Of a stretch of DNA of 64,000 nucleotides, positions 52,157 through 62,181 are shown one piece after another; positions within the stretch are counted from its first letter, which is position 1, and every line of letters begins with the position of its first letter. The stretch lies in NCBI GenBank assembly GCA_013359235.1, contig JABWCE010000003.1, positions 80,517 through 144,516 on the forward strand, in the 5' to 3' direction. The notes below the pieces were generated by a model. The model was not told the DNA's origin, searched no databases, and saw only the letters and a list, made by a program, of their open reading frames with translations. Position numbers and translations under genes: made by a program. This DNA comes from Bacteroidota bacterium. GTDB taxonomy: Bacteria; Bacteroidota; Bacteroidia; NS11-12g; UBA9320.

Positions 52157-54256
52157 TTGGCACGTGAATTTTTACATACCGAAATAGAGTATTTAAAAGG
52201 CGTAGGTCCTTTAAAATCTGAAGTATTAAAAAAAGAATTGGGAATTTTTACGTTTGAAGATTTATTAAATCATTATCCCTACCGATACATTGACCGAACA
52301 AAAATTTATACTATTTCTGAAATAAATGAAGACATGCCTTTTGTGCAGCTAAAAGGTCAGATTTCGGGAATTAAAGAAATTGGAGTGGGCAAAAATAAAA
52401 GACTTACAGCCGTTTTTAAAGATTATACCGGAGCAATAGACTTAGTATGGTTTCAACATATTAAATGGATTATTAAAACAATAGAACCCGAAAAAACGTG
52501 TATAATTTTCGGAAAGCCTGCATTGTTTAACCGCACTTTTAATATTGTTCACCCCGAAATAGAATGGGTTGAAGAATCAAAAAATGCATCAAAAATGCAA
52601 CCTGTTTATTCTGTTACCGAAAAGCTCAAAAGTCATCATTTGGATTCAAAAGGTATTTCAAAACTTATATTAACTATACTTTCAAATCCACAATTTGCAG
52701 TTGAAGAAACTCTACCTGAATATATTTTAAACAAGAACTCACTTCAACCCAAAAAAAATGCTTATACTTTAATTCATAATCCTTCGTCAAATAGCGATTT
52801 TATTGCAGGTCAGCAAAGGTTTAAGTACGAAGAAATGTTTTTTTTGAATATTAAAATTGCAAGTTTAAAATTAAAAAGAAATCGAATTTCAAAGGGTTTT
52901 GTTTTTAGTAAAATAGATTATTTTTTCAATACTTTTTACAATAATTATTTACCATTTACACTTACTGATTCGCAAAAAAAAGTTTTAAAAGAAATTAGAG
53001 CCGATTTTGCAACCGGCAAACAAATGAACCGTTTGCTGCAAGGTGATGTGGGAAGCGGAAAAACTATTGTTGCATTGCTGTCAATGCTTATAGCTATTGA
53101 TAATCATACTCAAGCTGTGCTTATGGCTCCTACCGAAATTTTGGCTATTCAACATTTCGAAAATATTTCGAAAATGCTTTCGGGTATTGGTTTAAAAATA
53201 GAATTACTAACCGGTACTACTACCAAAAGCCGAAAAGAAAAAATTGTGCATTCAATTTTCGATGGTCAAACTGATATTTTAATTGGGACTCATGCTTTGA
53301 TTGAAGACGATGTTGTTTTTAAAAATCTCGGCTTAGTAATAATTGACGAGCAACATAGATTTGGCGTAGCCCAGCGTGCAAAACTTTGGGACAAATACGC
53401 AACCAAGCCACATGTACTTGTAATGACTGCCACACCAATTCCTCGTACTTTGGCAATGACTGTTTACGGAGACCTCGATATTTCTAAAATTGATATGTTA
53501 CCCGCAGGCCGAATTGCTATAAAAACTGTTCATCGTTACGAAAACAGGCGAGAAGAAATCTATGATTTTTTAAAAAGTCAAATAAGCATGGGAAGACAAG
53601 TGTATTATGTCTTTCCGCTGATAGAGGAATCTGAAAAAAGTGATTTTCAAAATTTGATTGATGGTTTTGAAAACTTGAAAACAGTTTTTTCAAATAATAA
53701 ATACAAGCTGGGAATGGTACATGGCAGAATGAAAGCTAAAGAGAAAGAAACAGTGATGAATTTTTTTAAAAAGGGTCAACTTAATTTACTTGTAAGTACC
53801 ACTGTTATTGAAGTTGGAGTTGATGTACCTAATGCTACTGTAATGGTTATTGAAAATACCGAAAGGTTTGGTTTAACACAACTTCATCAATTGCGAGGCA
53901 GAGTAGGACGCGGAAAAGAACAATCATATTGTATTTTACTTACATCGCAAAAGTTGAGCAATACTGCACGCGAAAGGATAAAAGCAATGACACAAACAAC
54001 AGATGGTTTTGAAATTGCCAATCTCGACCTTAAACTTCGTGGACCAGGCGATTTGCTTGGTGTGCGACAAAGCGGATTGCTTGATTTGAAAATTGCTGAT
54101 ATAGTAAAAGATGAAGAACTGCTTACAAGTACCAGAAACGATGTATTAGCAATTATGAAAAACGACCCAAATCTTAAAAATCCTGAAAACTCACCTATTC
54201 GAAACTGGCTCGAAACACTTAGAAATATAAAAGGTGACTGGGGCAGAGTGAGTTAA
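52157..54256 (+). CDS. recG: ATP-dependent DNA helicase RecG
   Basis: LKGVGP, RLLQGDVGSGKT, DEQHRFG, TATPIPRT, QLHQLRGRVGRG, DLKLRGPG. Confidence 0.98.
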   Translation: MAREFLHTEIEYLKGVGPLKSEVLKKELGIFTFEDLLNHYPYRYIDRTKIYTISEINEDMPFVQLKGQISGIKEIGVGKNKRLTAVFKDYTGAIDLVWFQHIKWIIKTIEPEKTCIIFGKPALFNRTFNIVHPEIEWVEESKNASKMQPVYSVTEKLKSHHLDSKGISKLILTILSNPQFAVEETLPEYILNKNSLQPKKNAYTLIHNPSSNSDFIAGQQRFKYEEMFFLNIKIASLKLKRNRISKGFVFSKIDYFFNTFYNNYLPFTLTDSQKKVLKEIRADFATGKQMNRLLQGDVGSGKTIVALLSMLIAIDNHTQAVLMAPTEILAIQHFENISKMLSGIGLKIELLTGTTTKSRKEKIVHSIFDGQTDILIGTHALIEDDVVFKNLGLVIIDEQHRFGVAQRAKLWDKYATKPHVLVMTATPIPRTLAMTVYGDLDISKIDMLPAGRIAIKTVHRYENRREEIYDFLKSQISMGRQVYYVFPLIEESEKSDFQNLIDGFENLKTVFSNNKYKLGMVHGRMKAKEKETVMNFFKKGQLNLLVSTTVIEVGVDVPNATVMVIENTERFGLTQLHQLRGRVGRGKEQSYCILLTSQKLSNTARERIKAMTQTTDGFEIANLDLKLRGPGDLLGVRQSGLLDLKIADIVKDEELLTSTRNDVLAIMKNDPNLKNPENSPIRNWLETLRNIKGDWGRVS

Positions 54257-54324
54257 ACTTAATGTTTTACCAATTAAAAGCTATTATATAATCTTATTTT
54301 ACAAATTTCAAGACTTTTTTGGGG

Positions 54325-54774
54325 TTATGAATCTTTTATATCAGGCTCTACTAATCTGATAAGTTTATCTAATGAATCCTGCCATCCCAAGTAGCACAAT
54401 TCTAAAGGAATTACTTCAGGTATTCCCTCCTGTAAAATTGTAAGTTCAGTGCCACAAATTACTTTTTTAAACCTAAAAGTTGTTACCATTGTACCTTGCA
54501 AAGCAGCAGCATCAAATTTATCCGTAACTTTAATTAATTCATTTGGTATAATTTCTAAATACTGTCCTCCAAACGCATTACCATTGCCTGTCGAAAAATT
54601 TTTGAATTCCATTTTAAAACTGCCGCCAACTCTAAAATCCATTTGGTGAACAATACCAATAAATCCATAAGGTGGAATCCACGCTTCGTAAGCCTTAGTA
54701 TCGGTAAATGCCCTGAATACCTTTTCGGGGGCAGCTTTTATTACTCTCTGAAGTGAAATGCTGTTATTTGACAT
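54325..54774 (-). CDS. SRPBCC (AHSA1-like) family protein
   Basis: RVIKAAPEKVFRAF, DFRVGG, TELTILQEG, CYLGWQDSL. Confidence 0.9.
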   Translation of the reverse strand: MSNNSISLQRVIKAAPEKVFRAFTDTKAYEAWIPPYGFIGIVHQMDFRVGGSFKMEFKNFSTGNGNAFGGQYLEIIPNELIKVTDKFDAAALQGTMVTTFRFKKVICGTELTILQEGIPEVIPLELCYLGWQDSLDKLIRLVEPDIKDS

Positions 54775-54780
54775 AATTGA

Positions 54781-57339
54781 TTATTTTAAAACATTGAATA
54801 GCTTATTAGTTGCAATAAAATCATTGTTTTGTATTGTAATAAAGTAAATGCCTTCAGAAAGCTGAGGGTATGAAAATACTATATGATTTTTATCTGCATA
54901 AGTATTAAAAATTTCTTTGCCTGTAATATCTGTAAAAGTGATTTTTGAATTAAATAATTCGTTGGGTATATCAATATTTACAATACCTGCTGATGGTTGA
55001 GGATAAATTTTAATATAATTGCGAATTGAAATTTTATTGATTTTTGCAGGTATAGAAACCGTTAAAGTATCAGACATTGTACAACCAAAAACATCAGTTA
55101 CTGAAAGTTTTACAATAGATTTTATCAAACCGGAGCTTGTAAAATCGTGTACAGGGCTTTTTACAGTATCTGTTTGTCCATCGCCAAAATCCCATAGATA
55201 TTTTGTTCCTTCACTTTTTTCTTCTGGGTCAAAAGTTAATTTTTTCCCATTTGCAATATAGGTAAACTTTGCCGTTGGCAATGGCTTGATACCTATTTTT
55301 ATTTTATTGCTTATTTCTGTGCATACTCCATTTTTTACTATAACCCAAACGGAATCTAAATTTTTTGGATTTGAATGTTCCCAATTAGTGTTAGTACCTT
55401 TTTGTACAGAAGTGCTGTTTAAAAAAAACTCGTATTCAGTATAGTTGTTTGGCTCTGCTTTAAAAATAGCGGGAAAACCTTCACAAAATATATTTTGCAA
55501 ATTGCTTGATGAAAAATCAAACAAAGGTTTATCCCATACCTTTACAGTTGCATTTCTGTTTACAGTAGGGCAACTTAGATTATTGCTGTCGGTCAATACA
55601 ATTTTGTATGTTTGAGAAAAATCTGAAGTTATTTTAAAAACTGTGTCTTTAAATTGAGAACTATTGTTGATTTTTAAAGAATAATGTTTAGTATTAAGAT
55701 TTTTAATTTTAAAGTTAATGTCGTCACCTTTACATACTTCACTATCGTATTCAACATTATAAGTTACCGGGCTGCATGGTATTGAGCCACACAAAACTTT
55801 AGTAATATTGCTTTGATAGCAAGGAAAATTATCAAGAGCTTTTACCCAAACCTGCACATCAGTATTTGACGGAAAACCAAGAACCGAATGCGATAAGCCA
55901 TATTTACCACTACTCGGGTTTATCCAACTTCTACCGGTATCAATACTCACCTGATATCCTTTAGCTTTAGGTATTGAATCCCAACTAATGAGAAAACTTG
56001 CCACAGTTTTATCGGTACAATTCAAAACAGGATCTTTTAGTTTATTTTTTACAACAAAATTATACTTATTACTTGGAGGTGTAACACATCCGTTAGCATC
56101 TTTACCCTTGGCATATAGGTCGGTTGAAGTACTCAAATTAAAAGTTTGAGGGTTTACAATTGTTTTTTGAAACAAACCACTTGATGTATAATATAAAATT
56201 GTATCAAAAGTAGTGGTTCCGCTTGCAGTAACTTTTACAGGATACTCATAGCAAATAGTATCATTATTTACATCACGCGAAATTGAAATAGTTTGTGCAG
56301 TAAATTTTGTAATTTTCACAGGTCCTGCAGTATTTGTACAATTATTATTGTCTTTTATTGATACATAATAATTGCCCGAATCTTTTGCCCAAATTGTTTG
56401 CGAAACAAAACCTCCTGGCGACCAAGTGTATTGGTAATTTGGGCTATAAGTTGCAGTAAGTTTTACCGAATCTCTACTGCATATTTTGTATGATGTTGCT
56501 CCTGAAATAGAAAGCGAAGGTTTGCTTTTTACCACTATTTTTAATGAATCTGCTATTGAAACTCCTTTTGAATTTTTAGCTGTTAAAATTGCCCAATAAG
56601 TCCCAACATTGTTATATTTTACTACAGGATTTTGTGAAGTAGATGAAGATGGCGTTCCACCGGTAAGTACCCAAGCCCACGAAGTAGCAGAGTTTGTCGA
56701 AGAGCCATTGAGGGTAATGCTCGTACCGGCACATGTTACCGAATCTTTGCAAAAAGCATTTGCAACCGGAAGCAGTGATGATGGTGATAATGTTAAAGAT
56801 TTAGAATAAGCGTTATCACCAGACGAGCTGTTATCGCCATTTGCAGCCAAAACACAAAAATAAAACTTTACATTTCCAACATTTTTTGATGGTGCTTTCC
56901 ACGAAAAAGTCCAGTCTGTAGAATTTGTACCTGTTGATGATGTGCCCGTTGAAGTTTGTAATACATACTCTCTTGAAAGAGATGATGATGAACCCTTTTG
57001 CACTCTACCCGATGCCGTAAAAGAACCAGCCATTTTATTTTTCAAATCGAGAACTGTAGCTTGAAAACCCCATTTTGAAATACCCGATTGAGAATGTGAA
57101 ATTTTTATAGTGTAAGTTGAATCGGGGATATACCCGTTACCTGTAAAATTTGAAGATAAGGTAATATTATTCCAATTTGAACCCGATGTGATTATAGACC
57201 CACTATGGCAACTTGTACAATTTGATTCACTTGGAGCATTTGTATTTTCTGAAGGTGGACCATACGGATAGGTCATAGAATAATAAGCTGCCAAACAAAG
57301 TGCAATTGTAAATGTTGAAATAACTATTTTTCTTATCAT
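54781..57339 (-). CDS. T9SS cargo: Reeler-like N-terminal domain with CxxCH, PKD/Ig domains, type A CTD
   Basis: Signal peptide from ATG 57339 (promoter element TAATTTTG 57366-57373), CTSCH, WTFSWKAP, PKD motifs (YLWDFGDG), IYPQP..LSEGIYFI. Confidence 0.85.
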   Translation of the reverse strand: MIRKIVISTFTIALCLAAYYSMTYPYGPPSENTNAPSESNCTSCHSGSIITSGSNWNNITLSSNFTGNGYIPDSTYTIKISHSQSGISKWGFQATVLDLKNKMAGSFTASGRVQKGSSSSLSREYVLQTSTGTSSTGTNSTDWTFSWKAPSKNVGNVKFYFCVLAANGDNSSSGDNAYSKSLTLSPSSLLPVANAFCKDSVTCAGTSITLNGSSTNSATSWAWVLTGGTPSSSTSQNPVVKYNNVGTYWAILTAKNSKGVSIADSLKIVVKSKPSLSISGATSYKICSRDSVKLTATYSPNYQYTWSPGGFVSQTIWAKDSGNYYVSIKDNNNCTNTAGPVKITKFTAQTISISRDVNNDTICYEYPVKVTASGTTTFDTILYYTSSGLFQKTIVNPQTFNLSTSTDLYAKGKDANGCVTPPSNKYNFVVKNKLKDPVLNCTDKTVASFLISWDSIPKAKGYQVSIDTGRSWINPSSGKYGLSHSVLGFPSNTDVQVWVKALDNFPCYQSNITKVLCGSIPCSPVTYNVEYDSEVCKGDDINFKIKNLNTKHYSLKINNSSQFKDTVFKITSDFSQTYKIVLTDSNNLSCPTVNRNATVKVWDKPLFDFSSSNLQNIFCEGFPAIFKAEPNNYTEYEFFLNSTSVQKGTNTNWEHSNPKNLDSVWVIVKNGVCTEISNKIKIGIKPLPTAKFTYIANGKKLTFDPEEKSEGTKYLWDFGDGQTDTVKSPVHDFTSSGLIKSIVKLSVTDVFGCTMSDTLTVSIPAKINKISIRNYIKIYPQPSAGIVNIDIPNELFNSKITFTDITGKEIFNTYADKNHIVFSYPQLSEGIYFITIQNNDFIATNKLFNVLK

Positions 57340-57657
57340 TGTTTTTTTTTGTGATTTAAAAGTCGCAAAATTATTCCCGTAATGGATATTTTTTAACAAA
57401 AGAAATTAACAAAAGAGGTTGACAAATAGTTTTTTAATAATGAAAACAAGCCCAGAAAAAGATGAAAAACTCTAAAAAATTTACATTAATCAAACATAAT
57501 GACATTTGCATTACATTTTTTTAAAATTATAAAATCAACTTGTAATTGTAGTAACCAAAACTATTCTTTATTGTTAAAATAAATGCGTGATAATTTAAAA
57601 CAAAGGTACTTTTAATATTGAATTTCATAATTTTGAAACCATAAAATCTAACAAAAA

Positions 57658-57858
57658 ATGAAAATAAATAATTTCAGAGATTTATTAAAATATTTGGTAA
57701 TTGCAGGTAATACTGTATTTATTATTATAATTTTAATAAACGGAATTAAAGGAAACTTTAACAGTTCGCCAATCGAAAAATTTTCAAATTGCTGTCTTTT
57801 GATTATTCTTGTTTTAAATTCATATTTAATACTTAAATTTTCTGAACGTAATAGTTAA
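57658..57858 (+). CDS. Small hypothetical membrane protein (2 TM)
   Basis: Two hydrophobic segments, promoter element TAATTTTG (57628-57635), A-rich initiation region, ends 3 nt before the next gene. Confidence 0.55.
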   Translation: MKINNFRDLLKYLVIAGNTVFIIIILINGIKGNFNSSPIEKFSNCCLLIILVLNSYLILKFSERNS

Positions 57859-57861
57859 AAA

Positions 57862-58392
57862 ATGAAAGCATTTTTATTATCAATAGTTCTCAGTTTGGCA
57901 TTTGTATCTTGTTTCAATTGCGAAAATTCAAATTCAATTAAAAAAAAAGATGAAAAACCTCCAATACAAAATGATACAACTCCAAGAGTTACGGGCATTG
58001 GCGGTATTTTCTTTTTTGCCGATAGTGTTGAAAAAACCAAGAATTGGTATAAGAATAATTTAGGTTTGGAAACGAATGATTATGGCTCTGTTTTTGAGTT
58101 TAGAAATGCAAACCGTCCCAATGAAATTAATTATCTTCAGTGGAGCCCTTTTAAGAAAGGAAACAAGTATTTTGAACCATCAAAAAGAGAATTTATGATT
58201 AATTACAGAGTAAACAATATAGAGGGATTGATTAGAAAATTGAAAGCAAACGGAGTAATAATTAACGATACAATTGCAACTTATGAATATGGAAAATTTG
58301 TTCATATTACCGACAACGAAGGCACAAAAATAGAACTGTGGGAGCCCATAGATAGCGTACTTACCAAGATTGGCTCTAAAACTACAAAATAA
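57862..58392 (+). CDS. VOC/glyoxalase family protein with lipoprotein signal
   Basis: LAFVSC lipobox; RVTGIGGIFF, FMINYRV, YGKFVHI.D.EG.KIELWEP. Confidence 0.87.
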   Translation: MKAFLLSIVLSLAFVSCFNCENSNSIKKKDEKPPIQNDTTPRVTGIGGIFFFADSVEKTKNWYKNNLGLETNDYGSVFEFRNANRPNEINYLQWSPFKKGNKYFEPSKREFMINYRVNNIEGLIRKLKANGVIINDTIATYEYGKFVHITDNEGTKIELWEPIDSVLTKIGSKTTK

Positions 58393-58429
58393 TTTTATCA
58401 AAATTTTTATTTTTTTAAATCAGAGAACA

Positions 58430-58437
58430 TATATTTG
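58430..58437 (+). promoter_or_regulatory. -7 promoter element driving the cobalamin riboswitch leader
   Basis: TATATTTG immediately before the riboswitch P1 strand. Confidence 0.75.
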
Positions 58438-58439
58438 CC

Positions 58440-58620
58440 AACAGAATATGGATTTGTCATCTGTTCAAAAATATTGATGATGAATTAAAAGGGAATCAGG
58501 TGAAAATCCTGAACATTGCCCGATGCTGTAAGTTCTTAAAAAAAGTTTTTCAACATTGCCACTGTTTTTACGGGAAGGCTGAAAAAACTGAACAAGTCAG
58601 AAAACCTGCCGTATTCTGTT
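58440..58620 (+). ncRNA. Cobalamin (B12) riboswitch
   Basis: P1 AACAGAATATGG/CCGTATTCTGTT; AAAAGGGAATCAGGTGAAAATCCTGA, CCCGATGCTGT, GCCACTG, GGGAAGGC and B12-box AAGTCAGAAAACCTGCC. Confidence 0.95.
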
Positions 58621-58738
58621 ATATTTTTTTTGATGCTTTCGGGAACAAAAGTGATAAAAAGTCTTGATTGATTTAAAGATTTTGGCTTTCAACATTTTAA
58701 AACATCAAAAATTACAGGTTTTGTAAAATAATTATAAA

Positions 58739-60316
58739 ATGTATAAGTCAAATTTATTTCTACTAATTTCAATGGTAACTTCTATCGTTACTGTGTTTGC
58801 ACAAGAACCAAGATTTAATATTTCTACTTTCGAATCAGTAAAACTGTATTCTAAGGGATATTACAATGGCGATGACTCAAAAGGCGGTTTTGAAAATGGT
58901 CATTTTTTTTACCGAACATTATATAACAGTTCATGGAAATCATGGTCGGGCATTGCAGTTTCAAACCACTCTGATACCTTAACCAACAGCTATACCAACG
59001 AATATAGCAATATATGCGGTACAGGAAACTTCAATTCTAAAAACTTTGCAATATGTTTTAATTTGGGAACAATTATATGTCAGAAACCAACAATTATAAG
59101 TGGTTTGTACGTTACAAACACTACATATACTTATCATACAATAAAAAATGGCTCAGCTTATTCTAAAAAATTTGGAGGGAAAACCGGAAATGATACCGAC
59201 TGGTATAGGGCAAAATTTGTAAGTTACCGAAATGGTAATAGAGCAGATTCTGTGTATTTTTACCTTGCTGATTTCAGATTTGCTGATAATTCGAAAGATT
59301 ATATCATTAAAAATTGGGTATGGGTAGATTTGTCAGGCATTAAAACCCCTACAGATAGTTTAATAATTTCGTTTGAGTCAACCGATAATGGTGTTTACGG
59401 CATGAATACACCTGCTTACATGGCTTTTGATAATTTCAACAATTCATCAAATATTATAGATATTTATAATATAAAAGCTTCGTTTTTGAATGACAGCAAT
59501 AAAATATGGAACGGAAAAACAGATACTTCGGGTGGTTTTGATATAAATGGTTTTTATTTTGTAAACAACTATAATACATCTTGGAATTCGTGGAGTGGCT
59601 GGGCAATAAGCATTGATAATGACACATCAAAAAAAGATTATAATGCACAGTATTCTTCAATTACAGCATCGCAATTGAACTTAATATCGTATGGAAGAAG
59701 TGTTATAAATTTACCTTCGAACAAAACTCAAAGTACTATGTATTTTTACCTGTCAAACAATACATATACATACAAATCTATGAAATACGGAGATGCATTC
59801 TGTAAAAAATTTGGTGGTAAAAATGGTGACGAAAAAGATTTTTTAAAACTAAATATCATAAAATATTCTGATGATGAAAATACAGATACTTCAGTTGTTT
59901 ATTTGGCTGATTTTATAAATAAACCGAGTAATATAGCCTCAAGTAATATTATTTGCAAAGTAACTTTGAATGAAAATACAAGCCGTATTGAATTTCAGTT
60001 AGAATCATCAGACAATGGAATTTATGGAATGAACACCCCTGCATTTTTTTGCCTGAGTGCAATAAGTAAAACAAATAAATTAGCATCTGAAAAGATACAT
60101 AAAATTAAAGTTTTTCCTAATCCTGCCGTTGATTATATAATTACTGAAATTTCAAATGTTGAAAGTTATGAAATTGCTGATATTACTGGGGCTAATTTCA
60201 CTTTTGAAACAATGATAGATTCAAATAAAATAGATATTAGCAAACTTCCTGGAGGGGTGTATATTTTGAAACTAAAAAGCGTAAATAACTATTATTACAC
60301 AAGGTTTGTAAAATAA
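58739..60316 (+). CDS. Tandem DUF4465-domain protein with T9SS type A sorting domain
   Basis: Signal peptide ending VFA-Q; two copies of SWSG..S, KKFGG, YLADF, ES.DNG.YGMNTPA; C-terminal VFPNPA..LPGGVYILKL..RFVK. Confidence 0.88.
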   Translation: MYKSNLFLLISMVTSIVTVFAQEPRFNISTFESVKLYSKGYYNGDDSKGGFENGHFFYRTLYNSSWKSWSGIAVSNHSDTLTNSYTNEYSNICGTGNFNSKNFAICFNLGTIICQKPTIISGLYVTNTTYTYHTIKNGSAYSKKFGGKTGNDTDWYRAKFVSYRNGNRADSVYFYLADFRFADNSKDYIIKNWVWVDLSGIKTPTDSLIISFESTDNGVYGMNTPAYMAFDNFNNSSNIIDIYNIKASFLNDSNKIWNGKTDTSGGFDINGFYFVNNYNTSWNSWSGWAISIDNDTSKKDYNAQYSSITASQLNLISYGRSVINLPSNKTQSTMYFYLSNNTYTYKSMKYGDAFCKKFGGKNGDEKDFLKLNIIKYSDDENTDTSVVYLADFINKPSNIASSNIICKVTLNENTSRIEFQLESSDNGIYGMNTPAFFCLSAISKTNKLASEKIHKIKVFPNPAVDYIITEISNVESYEIADITGANFTFETMIDSNKIDISKLPGGVYILKLKSVNNYYYTRFVK

Positions 60317-60359
60317 ACAAAAATTATTTGACATCTGATATTTACTTTTGCCATTTGAA

Positions 60360-62171
60360 TTGAAAAATATCAGATACCTTTTTTCTTATTCTGCAAAATA
60401 TCCTGCACAAAGACTGCGTTTTGTGATATTCAACATTTTGGCATCGTTTTTTGGAGCATTTTCAATAATGACAGTTGTGCCGTTTTTAAAAATCATATTC
60501 AATCAAAACTCCGATGTTACAAGCCATACTGAAAACAATAAACTAAGTGAGTTGGTAAATGTTTGGTTGAAAAATCAAATTGAAAACTGGGGAAATTACA
60601 ATTCATTACTCATTTTTTCGTGTATGCTCGTTTTTATGTTTTTTATGAAAAATCTCAGCTTGTACATTGCATATACAGGTTTGTCGCACATGCGTGCCGG
60701 CATTTCAAACCGCTTAAAAAGTGATATTTACAGCAAATTGCTAAAACTTCCTTTGTCTTATTTTTCAAATGAAAGAAAAGGAGATATTATTTCAAAAATT
60801 GCAAACGACATAAAAGAAATAGAATGGAGTTTTATAGGTGTACTCGAAATGGTTTTAAAACACCCTTTTATGATTGTCATACCTTTTAGTTTGCTTTTTT
60901 ATATAAGTTGGCAATTGACAATATTTGTAATAGTAGTTTTGCCTGTAAGTGGCTATATAATTAGCCGTTTGGCAAAAAAACTAAAATCAACGGCAAGGCT
61001 TGGCAATGAAAAATTGGGACAAGTAATTTCAATTTTTGAAGAAACTATAAGCGGCATAAAAATTATTAATGCATTTAATGCTCAAAAAACAACCCAAAAA
61101 CACTTTGAAGAGAAAAATGACGAACATTTTAAACTAAGTCGCCGCGTTTTTAAAAGAGAATATGCCGCATCGCCATTAAGCGAATTTATGGGTTCAATAG
61201 TTATAAGTTCTATACTTGTATTTGCCGGAAGGCTTATTATTAATGACGATTTTGGGCTAAGTGGCGAAATGTTTATTATGTACATTGCCATGTTTAGTCA
61301 ACTAATTCCACCGGCAAAAGCACTTAGCGAAAGCTATTTCAGATTAGAAAAAGGAATGGCTTCAATGGACAGGGTTAATGATATTTTAAAAGCCGAAGAA
61401 GGTATAAATGACAGAAACGATTTGCCCGACCCCGGTACTTTAACACAATGTTTGAGGTTTGAGAATGTTACATTTAGTTACCAAAACAATGTAAATGTAC
61501 TTGAAAACATAAATTTCACAATAAAAAAAGGACAGAAAGTAGCTCTTGTCGGAAGTTCGGGTGCAGGAAAATCTACAATTGCCGACCTTTTGCTGAGATT
61601 TTATGACCCACAGCAAGGAACCATATTTTACGATAATACCGATATTAAAAATTTATCACTTTTTAAATACCGAAACAAATTGGCTGTGGTAACGCAAGAC
61701 CCTATTTTGTTTAACGATACTGTTGAAAACAACTTAAAACTTGGCAATCAAAATGCAAGTGACGAAGAGATGATAATTGCTGCAAAACAGGCAAATGCTC
61801 ATTCGTTTATCGAAAAACTTGAAAATGGTTATAAAACCAATATTGGTGAGCGTGGAGGAAAACTATCTGGAGGACAAAAACAAAGACTTACAATTGCCCG
61901 AGCCATCTTAAGCAATCCCGAAATTTTGATATTAGATGAGGCTACTTCTGCACTCGACTCTGAATCGGAAAAACTTGTAAACGATGCACTTGAACACCTA
62001 ATGCAAAACCGCACTTCTGTTATTATTGCACACCGATTAAGTACTATACAGAGTGCAGATGTTATTATAGTAATGGATCATGGAAAAATTGCCGAAATGG
62101 GGAAACATAACGATTTAATTAATTTGAAAGGGATATATTATTCGTTATACAAACTGCAATCGCTTGGCTAA
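60360..62171 (+). CDS. ABC exporter, fused permease/ATPase (MsbA-like)
   Basis: Six TM helices, GSSGAGKST, LSGGQKQR, ILDEATSALD, IAHRLST. The track's start 60348 is inside the -7 element TACTTTTG (60343-60350), so TTG 60360 is preferred. Confidence 0.92.
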   Translation: MKNIRYLFSYSAKYPAQRLRFVIFNILASFFGAFSIMTVVPFLKIIFNQNSDVTSHTENNKLSELVNVWLKNQIENWGNYNSLLIFSCMLVFMFFMKNLSLYIAYTGLSHMRAGISNRLKSDIYSKLLKLPLSYFSNERKGDIISKIANDIKEIEWSFIGVLEMVLKHPFMIVIPFSLLFYISWQLTIFVIVVLPVSGYIISRLAKKLKSTARLGNEKLGQVISIFEETISGIKIINAFNAQKTTQKHFEEKNDEHFKLSRRVFKREYAASPLSEFMGSIVISSILVFAGRLIINDDFGLSGEMFIMYIAMFSQLIPPAKALSESYFRLEKGMASMDRVNDILKAEEGINDRNDLPDPGTLTQCLRFENVTFSYQNNVNVLENINFTIKKGQKVALVGSSGAGKSTIADLLLRFYDPQQGTIFYDNTDIKNLSLFKYRNKLAVVTQDPILFNDTVENNLKLGNQNASDEEMIIAAKQANAHSFIEKLENGYKTNIGERGGKLSGGQKQRLTIARAILSNPEILILDEATSALDSESEKLVNDALEHLMQNRTSVIIAHRLSTIQSADVIIVMDHGKIAEMGKHNDLINLKGIYYSLYKLQSLG

Positions 62172-62181
62172 ATAATAAATT

